In this document: one piece after another, positions 25,647 through 37,885 of the stretch
Layout of the letters: every line of letters begins with the position of its first letter
Numbering within the stretch: the first letter of the stretch is position 1
From: Nemertoderma westbladi
Taxonomy: Eukaryota > Animalia > Xenacoelomorpha
Length of the DNA: 64,000 nucleotides
Direction of reading: 5' to 3'
Assembly: GCA_032718475.1 (NCBI GenBank)
Contig: JAUCBJ010000373.1
Location: 1 to 64,000, forward strand
Program-made: the position numbers and the translations under genes
Notes under the pieces: model-generated
The model's input: the letters and a program-made list of their open reading frames with translations, nothing else
The model's database searches: none
What the model was told of the DNA's origin: nothing

Positions 25647-27664
25647 TCGCAGTACAACCCAGTACGTCGCAGTCCAACCCAGTACGTCGCAGTACAACCC
25701 AGTACGTCGCAGTACAACCCAGTACAACCCAGTACGTCGCAGTACAACCCAGTACGTCGCAGTGCAACCCAGTACGTCGCGGTACAACCCAGTACGTCGC
25801 AGTACAACCCAGTACGTCGCAGTACAACCCAGAACGTCGCGGTACAACCCAGTACGTCGCAGTACAACCCAGTACGTCGCGGTACAACCCAGTACGTCGC
25901 AGTACAACCCGGTACGTCGCAGTACAACCCGGTACGTCGCAGTACAACCCAGTACGTCGCAGTGCAACCCAGTACGTCGCGGTACAACCCAGTACGTCGC
26001 AGTACAACCCAGTACGTCGCAGTACAACCCAGAACGTCGCGGTACAACCCAGTACGTCGCAGTACAACCCAGTACGTCGCGGTACAACCCAGTACGTCGC
26101 AGTACAACCCGGTACGTCGCAGTGCAACCCAGTACGTCGCAGTACAACCCGGTACGTCGCAGTACAACCCGGTACGTCGCAGTACAACCCAGTACGTCGC
26201 AGTGCAACCCAGTACGTCGCGGTACAACCCAGTACGTCGCAGTACAAACCTGTACGTCGCAGTACAACCCAGAACGTCGCGGTACAACCCAGTACGTCGC
26301 AGTACAACCCAGTACGTCGCGGTACAACCCAGTACGTCGCAGTACAACCCAGTACGTCGCGGTACAACCCAGTACGTCGCAGTACAACCCAGTACGTCAC
26401 AGTACAACCCAGTACGTCGCGGTACAACGCGGTACAACCCAGTACGTCGCGGTACAACCCAGTACGTCGCGGTACAACCCAGTACGTCGCAGTACAACCC
26501 AGTACGTCGCGGTACAACCCAGTACGTCGCAGTACAACACAGTACGTCGCGGTACAACCCCAGTACGTCGCAGTACAACCCAGTACGTCGCAGTACAACC
26601 CAGTACGTCGCGGTACAACGCAGCACAACCCAGTACGTCGCAGTACAACCCAGTACGTCGCAGTACAACCCAGTACGTCGCGGTACAACCCAGTACGTCG
26701 CAGTACAACCCAGTACGATGCAGTACAACCCAGTACGTCGCAGTACAACCCAGTACGTCGCAGTACAACCCAGTACGATGCAGTACAACCCAGTACGTCG
26801 CGGTACAACCCAGTACGTCGCAGTACAACCCAGTACGATGCAGTACAACCCAGTACGTCGCGGTACAACCCAGTACGTCGCAGTACAACCCAGTACGTCG
26901 CGGTACAACCCAGTACGTCGCAGTACAACCCAGTACGTCGCGGTACAACCCCAGTACGTCGCAGTACAACCCAGTACGTCGCAGTACAACCCAGTACGTC
27001 GCGGTACAACCCAGTACGTCGCAGTACAACCCAGTACGTCGCAGTACAACCCAATACGTCGCAGTACAACCCAGTAAGTCGCAGTACAACCCAGTACGTC
27101 GCGGTACAACCCAGTACGTCGCGGTACAACCCAGTACGTCGCAGTACAACCCAGTACGTCGCAGTACAACCCAGTACGTCGCAGTACAACCCAGTACGTC
27201 GCAGTACAACCCAGTACGTCGCAGTACAACCCAGTACGTCGCAGTACAACCCAGTACGTCGCAGTACAACCCAGTACGTCGCAGTACAACCCATACGTCG
27301 CAGTACAACCCCAGTACGTCGCAGTACAACCCATACGTCGCAGTACAACCCAGTACGCCGCAGTACAACCCAGTACGCCGCAGTACAACCCAGTACGTCG
27401 CAGTACAACTCAGTACGTCGCAGTACAACCCAGTACGTCGCAGTACAACCCATACGTCGCAGTACAACCCCAGTACGTCGCAGTACAACCCAGTACGTCG
27501 CAGTACAACCCAGCACGTCGCAGTACAACCCAGTACGTCGCAGTACAACCCAATACGTCGCAGTACAACCCAGTAAGTCGCAGTACAACCCAGTACGTCG
27601 CAGTACAACCCAGTACGTCGCAGTACAACCCAGTACGTCGCAGTACAAGCCAGTACGTCGCAGT
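25647..27664. repeat. 20-bp tandem repeat (~100 copies) made of two 10-bp subunits
   Basis: CAGTACAACC-CAGTACGTCG. Followed by a ~40-bp direct duplication at 27664-27746. Confidence 0.97.
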
Positions 27665-27939
27665 CAGCTGGTGATGTATCCTTGACTGCAACTTTAGCAG
27701 CTGATTATCAGCTGGTGATGTATCCTTGACTGCAACTTTAGCAGCTTCATATCTACTGTATACTCAAGATTATCCATATTGAGTTCTATTATTATATTCT
27801 CTTCACATGTAGCTGACAGAAGAAATGCAGAATAGTATTGGCTAGTGATATTTAAAGTAAAATTAAGAAATGTTTTAAATTTACCGGCAGAATAAAACGA
27901 AATACATTAAATTTACCTTACTGTGAAAAAAAATCGTAT

Positions 27940-29238
27940 TTATGTTGAGTTAAAATGCAGCCGGCTGCGCCCTATAGAACCACTGAGACCCTGGGTTGGT
28001 ATGGCGATCTGTCTGGCTGGCGGAGTGGCACCACCAAGCAATGGACCGCTGCACATAGAACCTGTGGGAGAAGGACAGGGAGGAGTGCGTCCCCTGGGAG
28101 CTGGGCAGGTGGGAGTGCGTCCCTTGGGAGCTGGGCAAGGGGGAGTGCGTCCCTTGGGAGCTGGGCAGGGGGGAGTGCGTCCCTTGGGGGTGAGCCCCGG
28201 CAGCCTCCCAACGGGCTCCACTATACGCCCATCCACTATCACTCGTTTCATACTGACCCGTTGCTGCTGGCTGCCGGGGGGCGTAGCGTTGTACCCTGCG
28301 GGCGGTGTGTAGACGTACCCCGGTGTAGAGCGGCCGGATCTCTGGGAACTACCTAGGTAGGGAGGGGTGCAGCCTGGTCTATCGCCCACCCTGTTGGGTA
28401 GGTAAGGGGGCGTGCACCCAGCATTGGCGAGGTTGATTGGTGGAGTGCAACTCTGTTGGAACGGGGAGTAATCCATAGGGGATACCGGGTATTTAATGGG
28501 CACCGAGGAGCCAGACATGGGGCTATATCTGTAAGAAGCACAACCGGGTGTGACCACAACACGCTGCGATTGTTGCTGGTAGATATTCGCAGTCCCATTG
28601 GCACCCGTAGGTTGACTTTGTTGATTAGCTCTGACCGCTATTGGTTGGCCACGCCCGCCAATAGCAGCAGCCGTATGGACCCCCAACCCACCAATAGCAG
28701 GTCGTTGCTGCACCTGAGTCCCACCACCTCGTCTGTATTGAATCACTTCGTTTCTAAGATTTAGGTTTTCCCTTTTCAGATCTTCCATTTCGCGTTGAAG
28801 CTTTTCCGTCCCGGTTTGACATATTTGTAGCGTCTCCTTTTCACTTTGCAGTTTTTCGATTACCTTTTGCATACTTTTCATTTGCTCCCCATATTTCGAT
28901 CTGTCTCTTTCGAGAACCTTATTTTTTGTCATTAGGAACGCCATCAGACGAGATCTGTGTTGCTTCTGGAATTTAGTGACACGGCTCACTTCGGTCAAAC
29001 ACTTCTGAATATGCGCTTCCGCATCCGCAAAAAACGATTGAATTTCAGGCCTGAGTGGGTTGACCAATGGCACGAGGTTACATGGGGAGCAATCACACAT
29101 GTAACATTTGTCCCGTTTAACCTCAACAGTACAGGTTTCGCAATAGAGATGACCACACGCTGATAAGAAGAACTTTTTCTTTTCTGGTCCATTCGGTTGG
29201 ATGCTACATTTATTGCAATGAACAATATCGATATTCAT
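27940..29238 (-). CDS. RNF212: RNF212 / Zip3 / ZHP-3-like meiotic crossover RING E3 (SUMO) ligase, 432 aa, single ORF
   Basis: N-terminal VHCNKC...FFLSACGHLYCETC...CYMC RING, then LRPEIQSFF and VTKFQKQHRSRLMAF (typical of the RNF212 family), a coiled coil and a disordered S/T-P-rich tail. Confidence 0.9.
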   Translation of the reverse strand: MNIDIVHCNKCSIQPNGPEKKKFFLSACGHLYCETCTVEVKRDKCYMCDCSPCNLVPLVNPLRPEIQSFFADAEAHIQKCLTEVSRVTKFQKQHRSRLMAFLMTKNKVLERDRSKYGEQMKSMQKVIEKLQSEKETLQICQTGTEKLQREMEDLKRENLNLRNEVIQYRRGGGTQVQQRPAIGGLGVHTAAAIGGRGQPIAVRANQQSQPTGANGTANIYQQQSQRVVVTPGCASYRYSPMSGSSVPIKYPVSPMDYSPFQQSCTPPINLANAGCTPPYLPNRVGDRPGCTPPYLGSSQRSGRSTPGYVYTPPAGYNATPPGSQQQRVSMKRVIVDGRIVEPVGRLPGLTPKGRTPPCPAPKGRTPPCPAPKGRTPTCPAPRGRTPPCPSPTGSMCSGPLLGGATPPARQIAIPTQGLSGSIGRSRLHFNST

Positions 29239-31033
29239 CGCAACAAATTAATACAAGGATCGATAATTGGATATAATACGAGCGTAGCGATAAACTACAG
29301 GATTAAGTTATGTTCAACAACGATGGTCCTGTCATTCGGTCAACCATCTTAGAACGAAAACATCACATATTTGTTTATGGGTTTGCTACTGTCTCACAGT
29401 AGATATGATATGCGTTGCTGGTTACGTACAGTAATACAGTTATGACGATAACCTTTAGCTTTTACACAAGCGGATTACAGTGTAGGAGCCTTAAAAGCGT
29501 AGTGAATAATAGTTACCCATATCACACAAGAAGCATTAAGAAATTGAAACTAAGCAAAACAGTCTGACAGTGTCCGACAGATATATGCTTTTTTCCACTG
29601 AACCTTGCGCTTATATGGGGGTATATTATAGTAAATGTTTTGGGTGATTTTGGTGCGAAATTTTATTGTGATCAATAATCCGATGCCGACTGATGGGGCC
29701 CAGCTTACATCATTGAGGATTTTGTGTAATTAACAATATAAAAAATTGTCCCCAGCAACAGTTAAGACAATTTATCCCATTGCTTCCATATATTTTAGTT
29801 TTTAAATTTACTGTTGAAAATGAACAAATGGTACGTGATTTCATTACAATTAAACTTATATCACCGGAATCCCCATATTATGGCGCACTTTTAGACAATT
29901 TTCATTTCAGTCACACGTCACATAGGCCTATTTTTGCTCAAGATAAAGATAGGTTTTGAATGTATTTGGCTGCAAGTTTAAATCATCACATCCATTGTAA
30001 TTTTGGACAGATTTTTTAAATATATTAAGATGCAAGCTGGAATTTAAGATTGAAGTTGATGCAATGGTATGTTATTCAATTAATTTTTAAAATTAATTTC
30101 TGAATTTAACTGTACAAACTACCGATACAATATAGCACTCTTTATAACTTGAAACCTGGGCTGCATCCATTGGAATAATAGTGAGTAAAAACGTTCTGGA
30201 ACACACCCCTGTGGGTACATTTACTATATACTGTACTTCCATGCAAGGTATAATGCAATGCAATATCTTCCGGACTAGGCCTATTTGCCTATACAGTAGG
30301 CCTACTAAACCTCTAGAATCGGCAGATCGGTAGGCCTATTATACTGTTATAGCAACGGCTATTGTATTGTAGGTTTATTATGAGGGGCTGGGTTATGCCA
30401 TATTGCAGTATTGGGAGTGTGGTGGTGGTAAACCTCAAATCATAAACACCAACCACTACGGTACCGGTACAGTATGTAGGTCTACTATCAGGGGGCAGTA
30501 CTATAATGGGTACGGCAGTACGGTACGTTAGTGGCACCATTCATTTTACTATACGGTAGGGCTACACAAAAATGTTGATGTAAGATTGTAAATTACCAGT
30601 ACCGGTAGTAGCGTAGCAGGGCAATGCACAGGTGCTCCCGCTACCGAATTATGCTGTCTACCTAATGAATGAGATTTTAATTTTATAAACAATCAGTGAA
30701 TAGAACAGGCTGCAATACCGGTACCGGTATTAAACGGTAGAACGTACTGTAGAAAATGAAAGTATAGCAGCTAGGCCTATTGCATGGAATTCGTACTGTG
30801 TAGGTACGCACAACTGCAGAACTGGTTAGATACACGGACACATAGCGTACTCTAAGGCCTTGCAAGCGTGCAGCCTTCATAATTTATGGAGGCTGGATTA
30901 TAACCGGTAGCGTACTGCTGTACTGTGTGTGTGTACAGGCATGGGGTGGGGACAGTTCTATAAATTTTCATTTGTTGCAATTTGGTTAATGGAGGTACTT
31001 GAAGCCTCCTCGTTAAGCAAAATATAAAATGTT

Positions 31034-31618
31034 ATGGTAGCTAGTGTTTTAGGTAGGTTTAGCTAGTAATTTCATCACTGGTTCCGATATCCTACTTCCT
31101 TCTATAAATATTTTATAGTAGCTAGTTCTTATTACTATTTGTATAGAAAATGTTCTAGTACATGTTAGCTAGGCCTATTCATTTTTCAGAAAAAATATGT
31201 TCTTGAACAAATATTTTTTGTTCTAGAATATTTTTTAGAAAAAAATCTGGATTCGATTTAAAACGCATGGAATCGTCCTAAAACGTGTTTAAGGTCATAA
31301 AAAAAATTGTGAAAAAAAATATTGTGAAAAAATTTAATGGAAAAAAAATTTTGAAATTTTTTTTATTGATTTTAAACACGTTTTAGGACGATTCCATGCG
31401 TTTTAAATCGAATTCAGATTTTCTTCTAAAAAATGTTCTAGAAAATATTTTTTCTAGAACATATTTTTTTTAAATGAATAGCTAATATATTCTGGAACAT
31501 TTTCTATACAAATAGAAATAAGGACTGGAGCTACTATAAAATATTTATAGAAGGAACTAGGATATCGGTACCAGTGATGAAATTACTAGCTAAACCTACG
31601 TAAAACACTAGCTACCAT
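31034..31618. mobile_element. Foldback/MITE with ~250-bp inverted arms (copy 1)
   Basis: ATGGTAGCTAGTGTTTTAGGTAGGTTTAGCTAGTAATTTCATCACTGG... is inverted to ...CCAGTGATGAAATTACTAGCTAAACCTACGTAAAACACTAGCTACCAT. Confidence 0.85.
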
Positions 31619-32678
31619 GAACCCCCCCCCCCCCCCCCCCCCCCTTAAGGTATGTTATTGCTGTTGTGTATAAATATAACTTAATTTGTTTCAGTGCTGT
31701 ATTTTATAGATTAAAGTAAGCTCATGATCAGCTGATCTCCTTAAAGGCTTTATCCAATCAGATTAATATAGGACCATATCGACTATTTCAGAATAGGGCA
31801 ATTCCATCGTTACGGACTCACATTCATACGCAATTTTCGAAATTAATTGGCATATCTAATATATATTACTATATACTGTACTTCCATGCAAGGTATAATG
31901 CAATGCAATATCTTCCGGACTAGGCCTATTTGCCTATACAGTAGGCCTACTAAACCTCTAGAATCGGCAGATCGGTAGGCCTATTATACTGTTATAGCAA
32001 CGGCTATTGTATTGTAGGTTTATTATGAGGGGCTGGGTTATGCCATATTGCAGTATTGGGAGTGTGGTGGTGGTAAACCTCAAATCATAAACACCAACCA
32101 CTACGGTACCGGTACAGTATGTAGGTCTACTATCAGGGGGCAGTACTATAATGGGTACGGCAGTACGGTACGTTAGTGGCACCATTCATTTTACTATACG
32201 GTAGGGCTACACAAAAATGTTGATGTAAGATTGTAAATTACCAGTACCGGTAGTAGCGTAGCAGGGCAATGCACAGGTGCTCCCGCTACCGAATTATGCT
32301 GTCTACCTAATGAATGAGATTTTAATTTTATAAACAATCAGTGAATAGAACAGGCTGCAATACCGGTACCGGTATTAAACGGTAGAACGTACTGTAGAAA
32401 ATGAAAGTATAGCAGCTAGGCCTATTGCATGGAATTCGTACTGTGTAGGTACGCACAACTGCAGAACTGGTTAGATACACGGACACATAGCGTACTCTAA
32501 GGCCTTGCAAGCGTGCAGCCTTCATAATTTATGGAGGCTGGATTATAACCGGTAGCGTACTGCTGTACTGTGTGTGTGTACAGGCATGGGGTGGGGACAG
32601 TTCTATAAATTTTCATTTGTTGCAATTTGGTTAATGGAGGTACTTGAAGCCTCCTCGTTAAGCAAAATATAAAATGTT

Positions 32679-33263
32679 ATGGTAGCTAGTGTTTTAGGTA
32701 GGTTTAGCTAGTAATTTCATCACTGGTTCCGATATCCTACTTCCTTCTATAAATATTTTATAGTAGCTAGTTCTTATTACTATTTGTATAGAAAATGTTC
32801 TAGTACATGTTAGCTAGGCCTATTCATTTTTCAGAAAAAATATGTTCTTGAACAAATATTTTTTGTTCTAGAATATTTTTTAGAAAAAAATCTGGATTCG
32901 ATTTAAAACGCATGGAATCGTCCTAAAACGTGTTTAAGGTCATAAAAAAAATTGTGAAAAAAAATATTGTGAAAAAATTTAATGGAAAAAAAATTTTGAA
33001 ATTTTTTTTATTGATTTTAAACACGTTTTAGGACGATTCCATGCGTTTTAAATCGAATTCAGATTTTCTTCTAAAAAATGTTCTAGAAAATATTTTTTCT
33101 AGAACATATTTTTTTTAAATGAATAGCTAATATATTCTGGAACATTTTCTATACAAATAGAAATAAGGACTGGAGCTACTATAAAATATTTATAGAAGGA
33201 ACTAGGATATCGGTACCAGTGATGAAATTACTAGCTAAACCTACGTAAAACACTAGCTACCAT
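32679..33263. mobile_element. Foldback/MITE (copy 2, within the duplication)
   Basis: Same sequence as 31034-31618. Confidence 0.85.
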
Positions 33264-33497
33264 GAACCCCCCCCCCCCCCCCCCCCCTTAAGGTATGTTA
33301 TTGCTGTTGTGTATAAATATAACTTAATTTGTTTCAGTGCTGTATTTTATAGATTAAAGTAAGCTCATGATCAGCTGATCTCCTTAAAGGCTTTATCCAA
33401 TCAGATTAATATAGGACCATATCGACTATTTCAGAATAGGGCAATTCCATCGTTACGGACTCACATTCATACGCAATTTTCGAAATTAATTGGCATA

Positions 33498-35690
33498 TCT
33501 AATATATATAAATATCGATTGTCTGTCAGTCAGTCAGTCTGTCTGTGTGTTTGTCATCGGCTATACAATCGAACCCATCTCGATGAAATCTCGCTTGCTA
33601 TAGCTCGTTAGAAAGGTCTCGCCCTAACTCGTTGCAACGTAATACTCAGAGTCGTCTGAAGTTCGCCCGTCTGCCGCTAGAGGGCGATTTTCGTGATTTT
33701 CGGGCGAAATTTATCGAATTATTTCGGTTCTTCTATCGGTAATTAATGATTTAGAGGGCTAACATTTATCCCACCTGGTATAAAATTAACATGGGTAGAT
33801 TCGCCGTGTCCCATTCTCACAAAGTATTTATTTTATTCGAGTGTTTAATATAAATATGTATGATTATTTATTGATTAAAAAACAAATAGTGTATAAATAT
33901 GTCATATTCGCCAAGCACGATCGAATTGGCCTATTGTTATTGAATAGGGAAGGATTGTTTTCTGTAGCAACCTTAAGGTAATTATTGAACTCGCAGCTAG
34001 CTGGCTGGGCACAGATAAGGAGCAAGCAGGCTGGAGTGTTGATTGGGGTGGGTTTGGGTTGTAGTAATTCTGCTTTCTCAATCATTGGCTGCATGGAAGG
34101 AGAGGTTTATAACATTTTTGTTTTACTGTTATGAATATTAAAAGTAAAAATAATTATTTCTATAGGCCTATACTTACTGTATTATTATGTTATCTAATAT
34201 TATACATCTAATCTCGATGAAATCTCGCTTACTATAGCTCGTTAGATAGGTCTCGCCCTAACTCGTTGCAACGTAATACTCAGAGCCGTCTGAAGTTCCC
34301 CCGTCTGCCGCTAGAGGGCGAATTATCCGATAGTGAAAACCTGATCTTATTGGGTTGTTTTTAATGCTTTTGAGCTGAAACTTGGTAGCTATATACTGCA
34401 GCATAGGCTGTATATTTCCGGAGTCACTGGGTGGTCTACAGTTCCCCAGTCTACCGTTAGAGTGCTAAATGTCTGAGAGATAACATCTTCTCCAACTTTA
34501 TTATTTACAATCCGTTTTGACTGAAACTTGGTAGGCATCTACTACAGCATAGGCTGAATCTTTACTGAGTCGCAGAGTCGTCTACAATTTCCCAGTCTAC
34601 CGCTAGAGGGCGAAATGTCTGCAAGTTAACATCTTCTCCAACTTTGTTATTTATAATCCATTTAGACTGAACTTGGTAGGCATCTACTACAGCATAGGCT
34701 ATATCTTTACTGAGTCGCGCAGAGTTGTCTACAGTACCCGCGTCTGCCGCTAGAGGGCGAAATGTATGAAAGTTAACATCTTCTCCAACTTTGTTATTTA
34801 CAATCCTTTTAGACTGAAACTTGGTAGGCATCTACTATAGCATAGGCTATATCTTTGCGGAGTAGTAGAGTCGTCTACAGTTCCACAGTCAGACGCAAGA
34901 GGGCGAATTGTCTGATAGTGAAAACCTCATCCCATTTGGTTCTTTTTAATCCTTTTGAGCTGAAACTTGGCAGGTATCTACTACATCCTAGGCTCTATCT
35001 TTACGGAGTTGCAGAGTCCTATACACTTCCCCAGTCTACCGCTAGAGGGTGAAATGTCTGAAAATTAACATCTTCTCCAACTTTGTTATTTACAAACGGT
35101 TTAGACTGAAACTTGGTAGGCATCTACTACAGCATAGGCTCTACCTTTACGGAGTCGCAGAGTTGTATACAGTTCCCCTATCTGCCGCTAGAGGGCGAAT
35201 TGTCTGATAGTGAACACCTCATCCCAATTGGTTCTCTTTAATCCCTTTGAGCTGAAACTTGGCAGGAATCTACTGCAGCATATTCTGTATCTTTACGGAG
35301 TCCCAGAGTCGTCTACAGTTCTTCAGTCTACCGCTAGAAGTCTGAATGTGAACATCTACACCAATTTTGTTATTTACAATCTGTTTAAGCTGAAACTTGA
35401 AAGGCAGGCATTTTACTTCACCATAAACCCCACCTTTACCAAACTGCAGCGCCGTCTGCATTTCACCAGTCCGCAGGTAGAGGGTGGATCTGAAAGTGAT
35501 CATTTTCTGGAAATTTTGTTATTTACAATCTGACTAAAGTTGAAACTTGACAGTTATCTCTTATGGGGGTGGTGTTTTATTTAATGATGGTGTCTATTCC
35601 GTATGCAGTTCTCAAATCTCCCACACATATTCATATATCATCTGCACGTGCACTAGAAAGCTGTGGCCCGAAGGGCCACAGGCTTTCTAG
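33498..35690 (+). mobile_element. Non-autonomous Helitron, family A copy 1
   Basis: A|TC 5' end, (GTCT/GTCA)n microsatellite, ~146-bp internal repeats, GTGGCCC-GAA-GGGCCAC hairpin 11 nt before the terminal CTAG. Confidence 0.88.
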
Positions 35691-35711
35691 TCTATATATA
35701 TAAATATCATG

Positions 35712-35742
<31 letters not shown>

Positions 35743-37885
35743 TTGTTTGTCTGTCCAAGCTATACGTTTCTACACACAAGCACCAATCTGAGCTCGCGAT
35801 ACATCGAACGAAAGCTCTCGTCACGAGCACGTGCACTGTCGCTATCTCGAGTCTTATTTTACGCGTTTGTTTGCGTGAATGCAGATTTCGTGAATTTGGT
35901 ACCGGTAGCGCAGTAGGCCTAGCAGTTCATTCTGTCACTCTACATGTTGGGTCTCGACTATTATGCTACTTTTTGATGCGCATCTACGTGATGCAGACTG
36001 CCCTGAGCACATGGACGCGAAACGTCGTTATATCGAGGCGAATTTTATGCATCATTTATGTGTGAATGGTTATTTGTGGTCAAATTGGGCTATTATTCCA
36101 TAACAATTTTCAGCCAAATTTGTCAACCAGCAGGGAACTCCATAACAGCGGTTGCACCAACAGACTCAATCTGTTCTAAATGATACTTTGCAGATACGTT
36201 CCTGACCATAGACTGTGTGTTTGGGAAGACACTGATCAATCTGCAGTTCTCCAGTCTGCCGCTAGGGGGCGAAATGTCAGAAACTGAAAACCTTCTCCCA
36301 TTTCGTTATTATTAATGCCTTTTAGCTGATACGTGGCAGAGGTCTACTACACCATAGGCTGTGTGTTTTCGGAGGATGCTAACCAATCTGCAATTCCCCA
36401 GTCTGCCGCTAGGGGGAGCAATATCTGAAAGTGAAAACCTTATCCCATTTCGTTGTTTATAATGCTTTTTTGCTGATACTTGGCAGAAGTCGACTACACC
36501 ATAGACTGCGTGTTTGTAGAGAACTCTGAATAATCTGAAATTCATCTGTCTGCCGGTAGGGGGCGCAATGTCTGAAAGTGAAAACCTTCACCCATTTCGT
36601 TGTTTATACTGCTTTTTTGCTGATACTTGCCAGAGGTCTACTACACCAAGACTGCGTGTTTGGGGAGGAGCTAGAACCAGTCTGCATTTCTCCAGTCTAC
36701 CGCTAGGGGGCCAAATGTCTGAAAGTGAAAACCTTATCCCATTTCTTATTAATAATGCTTTTAGGCTGACACTTGGCAGATTTGTATTACACCATAGGGT
36801 GTGTGTCTAGGTAAGACGCCGAACAAACTGCAGTTCTCCATTTGGCCGCTAGGGGGCGAAATGTCTGAACGTGAAAACCTTATCCCATTTTGATGTTTAT
36901 AATGTTTTTAGGCTGATACTTGTCAGAGGTCTACTACATCAAAGACTGCGTGTTTGTGGAGAACTAAGACCAATTTGCAATAGCTCTGTCTGCCGCTAGG
37001 GGGCGCAATGTCTGAAAGTGAAAACCTTTATGCATTTCATTGTTTATCATGCTTTTTTGCTGATACTCGACAGAGGTCTACTACACCATAGACTGTGTGT
37101 TTGGGGAGGAGTTAGAACCAGTCTGCATTTATCCAGTCTACCGCTAGGGGGCCAAATGTCTGAAAGTGAAAACCTTATCCCATTTCGTTATTTATATGCA
37201 TTCAGGCTGACACTTGCCAGATGTGTAATACACCATAGGGTGTGTGTCTAGGTAAGACGCCGAACAAACTGCAGTTCTCCATTCGGCCGCTAGGGGCCAA
37301 AATGTCTGAAAGTGAAAACCTTATCCCGTTTCGTTGTTTCTAATGCTTTTAGGCTGATAATTGTCAGAGGTCTACTACACCATAGACTGCGTGTTTGTGG
37401 AAAACTCTGACCAATCTGCAATTTCTCAGTCTGCCGCTAGAGGGTGAAATGTCTCAGTGAAATCCTTCTCCCATTTCGTTGTTTCTAATGCTTTTTTGCT
37501 TATACTTGGGAAAGGTATGCTTGACCATAGGCTGTTTGTATGGGGAGGACGCTAACCAGTCTCCGGATTTCCAGTCTAACTGCTAGGGTGCGAAATATCT
37601 GAATCTGAAAAGTAAAAACATTCTCACATTTATTTATTAAAAATGCTTTTACGCTTATAATTGTCAGAGGTCTACTGTACTACATCATAAGGCTGCATCT
37701 ATGTGAAGGATGTTGACCAGTGTAGATATCTGAAAAAGTAAAACAGCATCAGTCTTTTGTTTGAGAGAACATTTCTCAATCATATGAGTTTTGTTAAGTT
37801 AATTAATTAATTAATGTTTGGAATGGTGAATAGGCTTGTGAACTACAGTAGAAAGCCGTGGCCCGAAGGGCCACTGGCTTTCTAG
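35691..37885 (+). mobile_element. Non-autonomous Helitron, family B copy 1
   Basis: TCTATATATATAAATATCATG start, (GTCT)n, ~147-bp internal repeats, same hairpin and CTAG end. Confidence 0.88.

Larger units (their letters stand above)
30221..33508. repeat. Near-perfect 1.645-kb tandem duplication (30221-31865 and 31866-33508)
   Basis: Identical ORF pairs are offset by 1645. The only difference noticed is the poly-C length (23 vs 21). Confidence 0.95.

Noticed and set aside
25647-27664. Telomere-like repeat (AACCC core)
   Set aside because: The 20-bp unit is interstitial, between genes, and does not match TTAGGG/TTAGG-type repeats.
25542-27691. Long ORFs of 275-691 aa on both strands
   Set aside because: Artefact of a stop-free 20-bp repeat, open in nearly all frames and with frameshifting indels.
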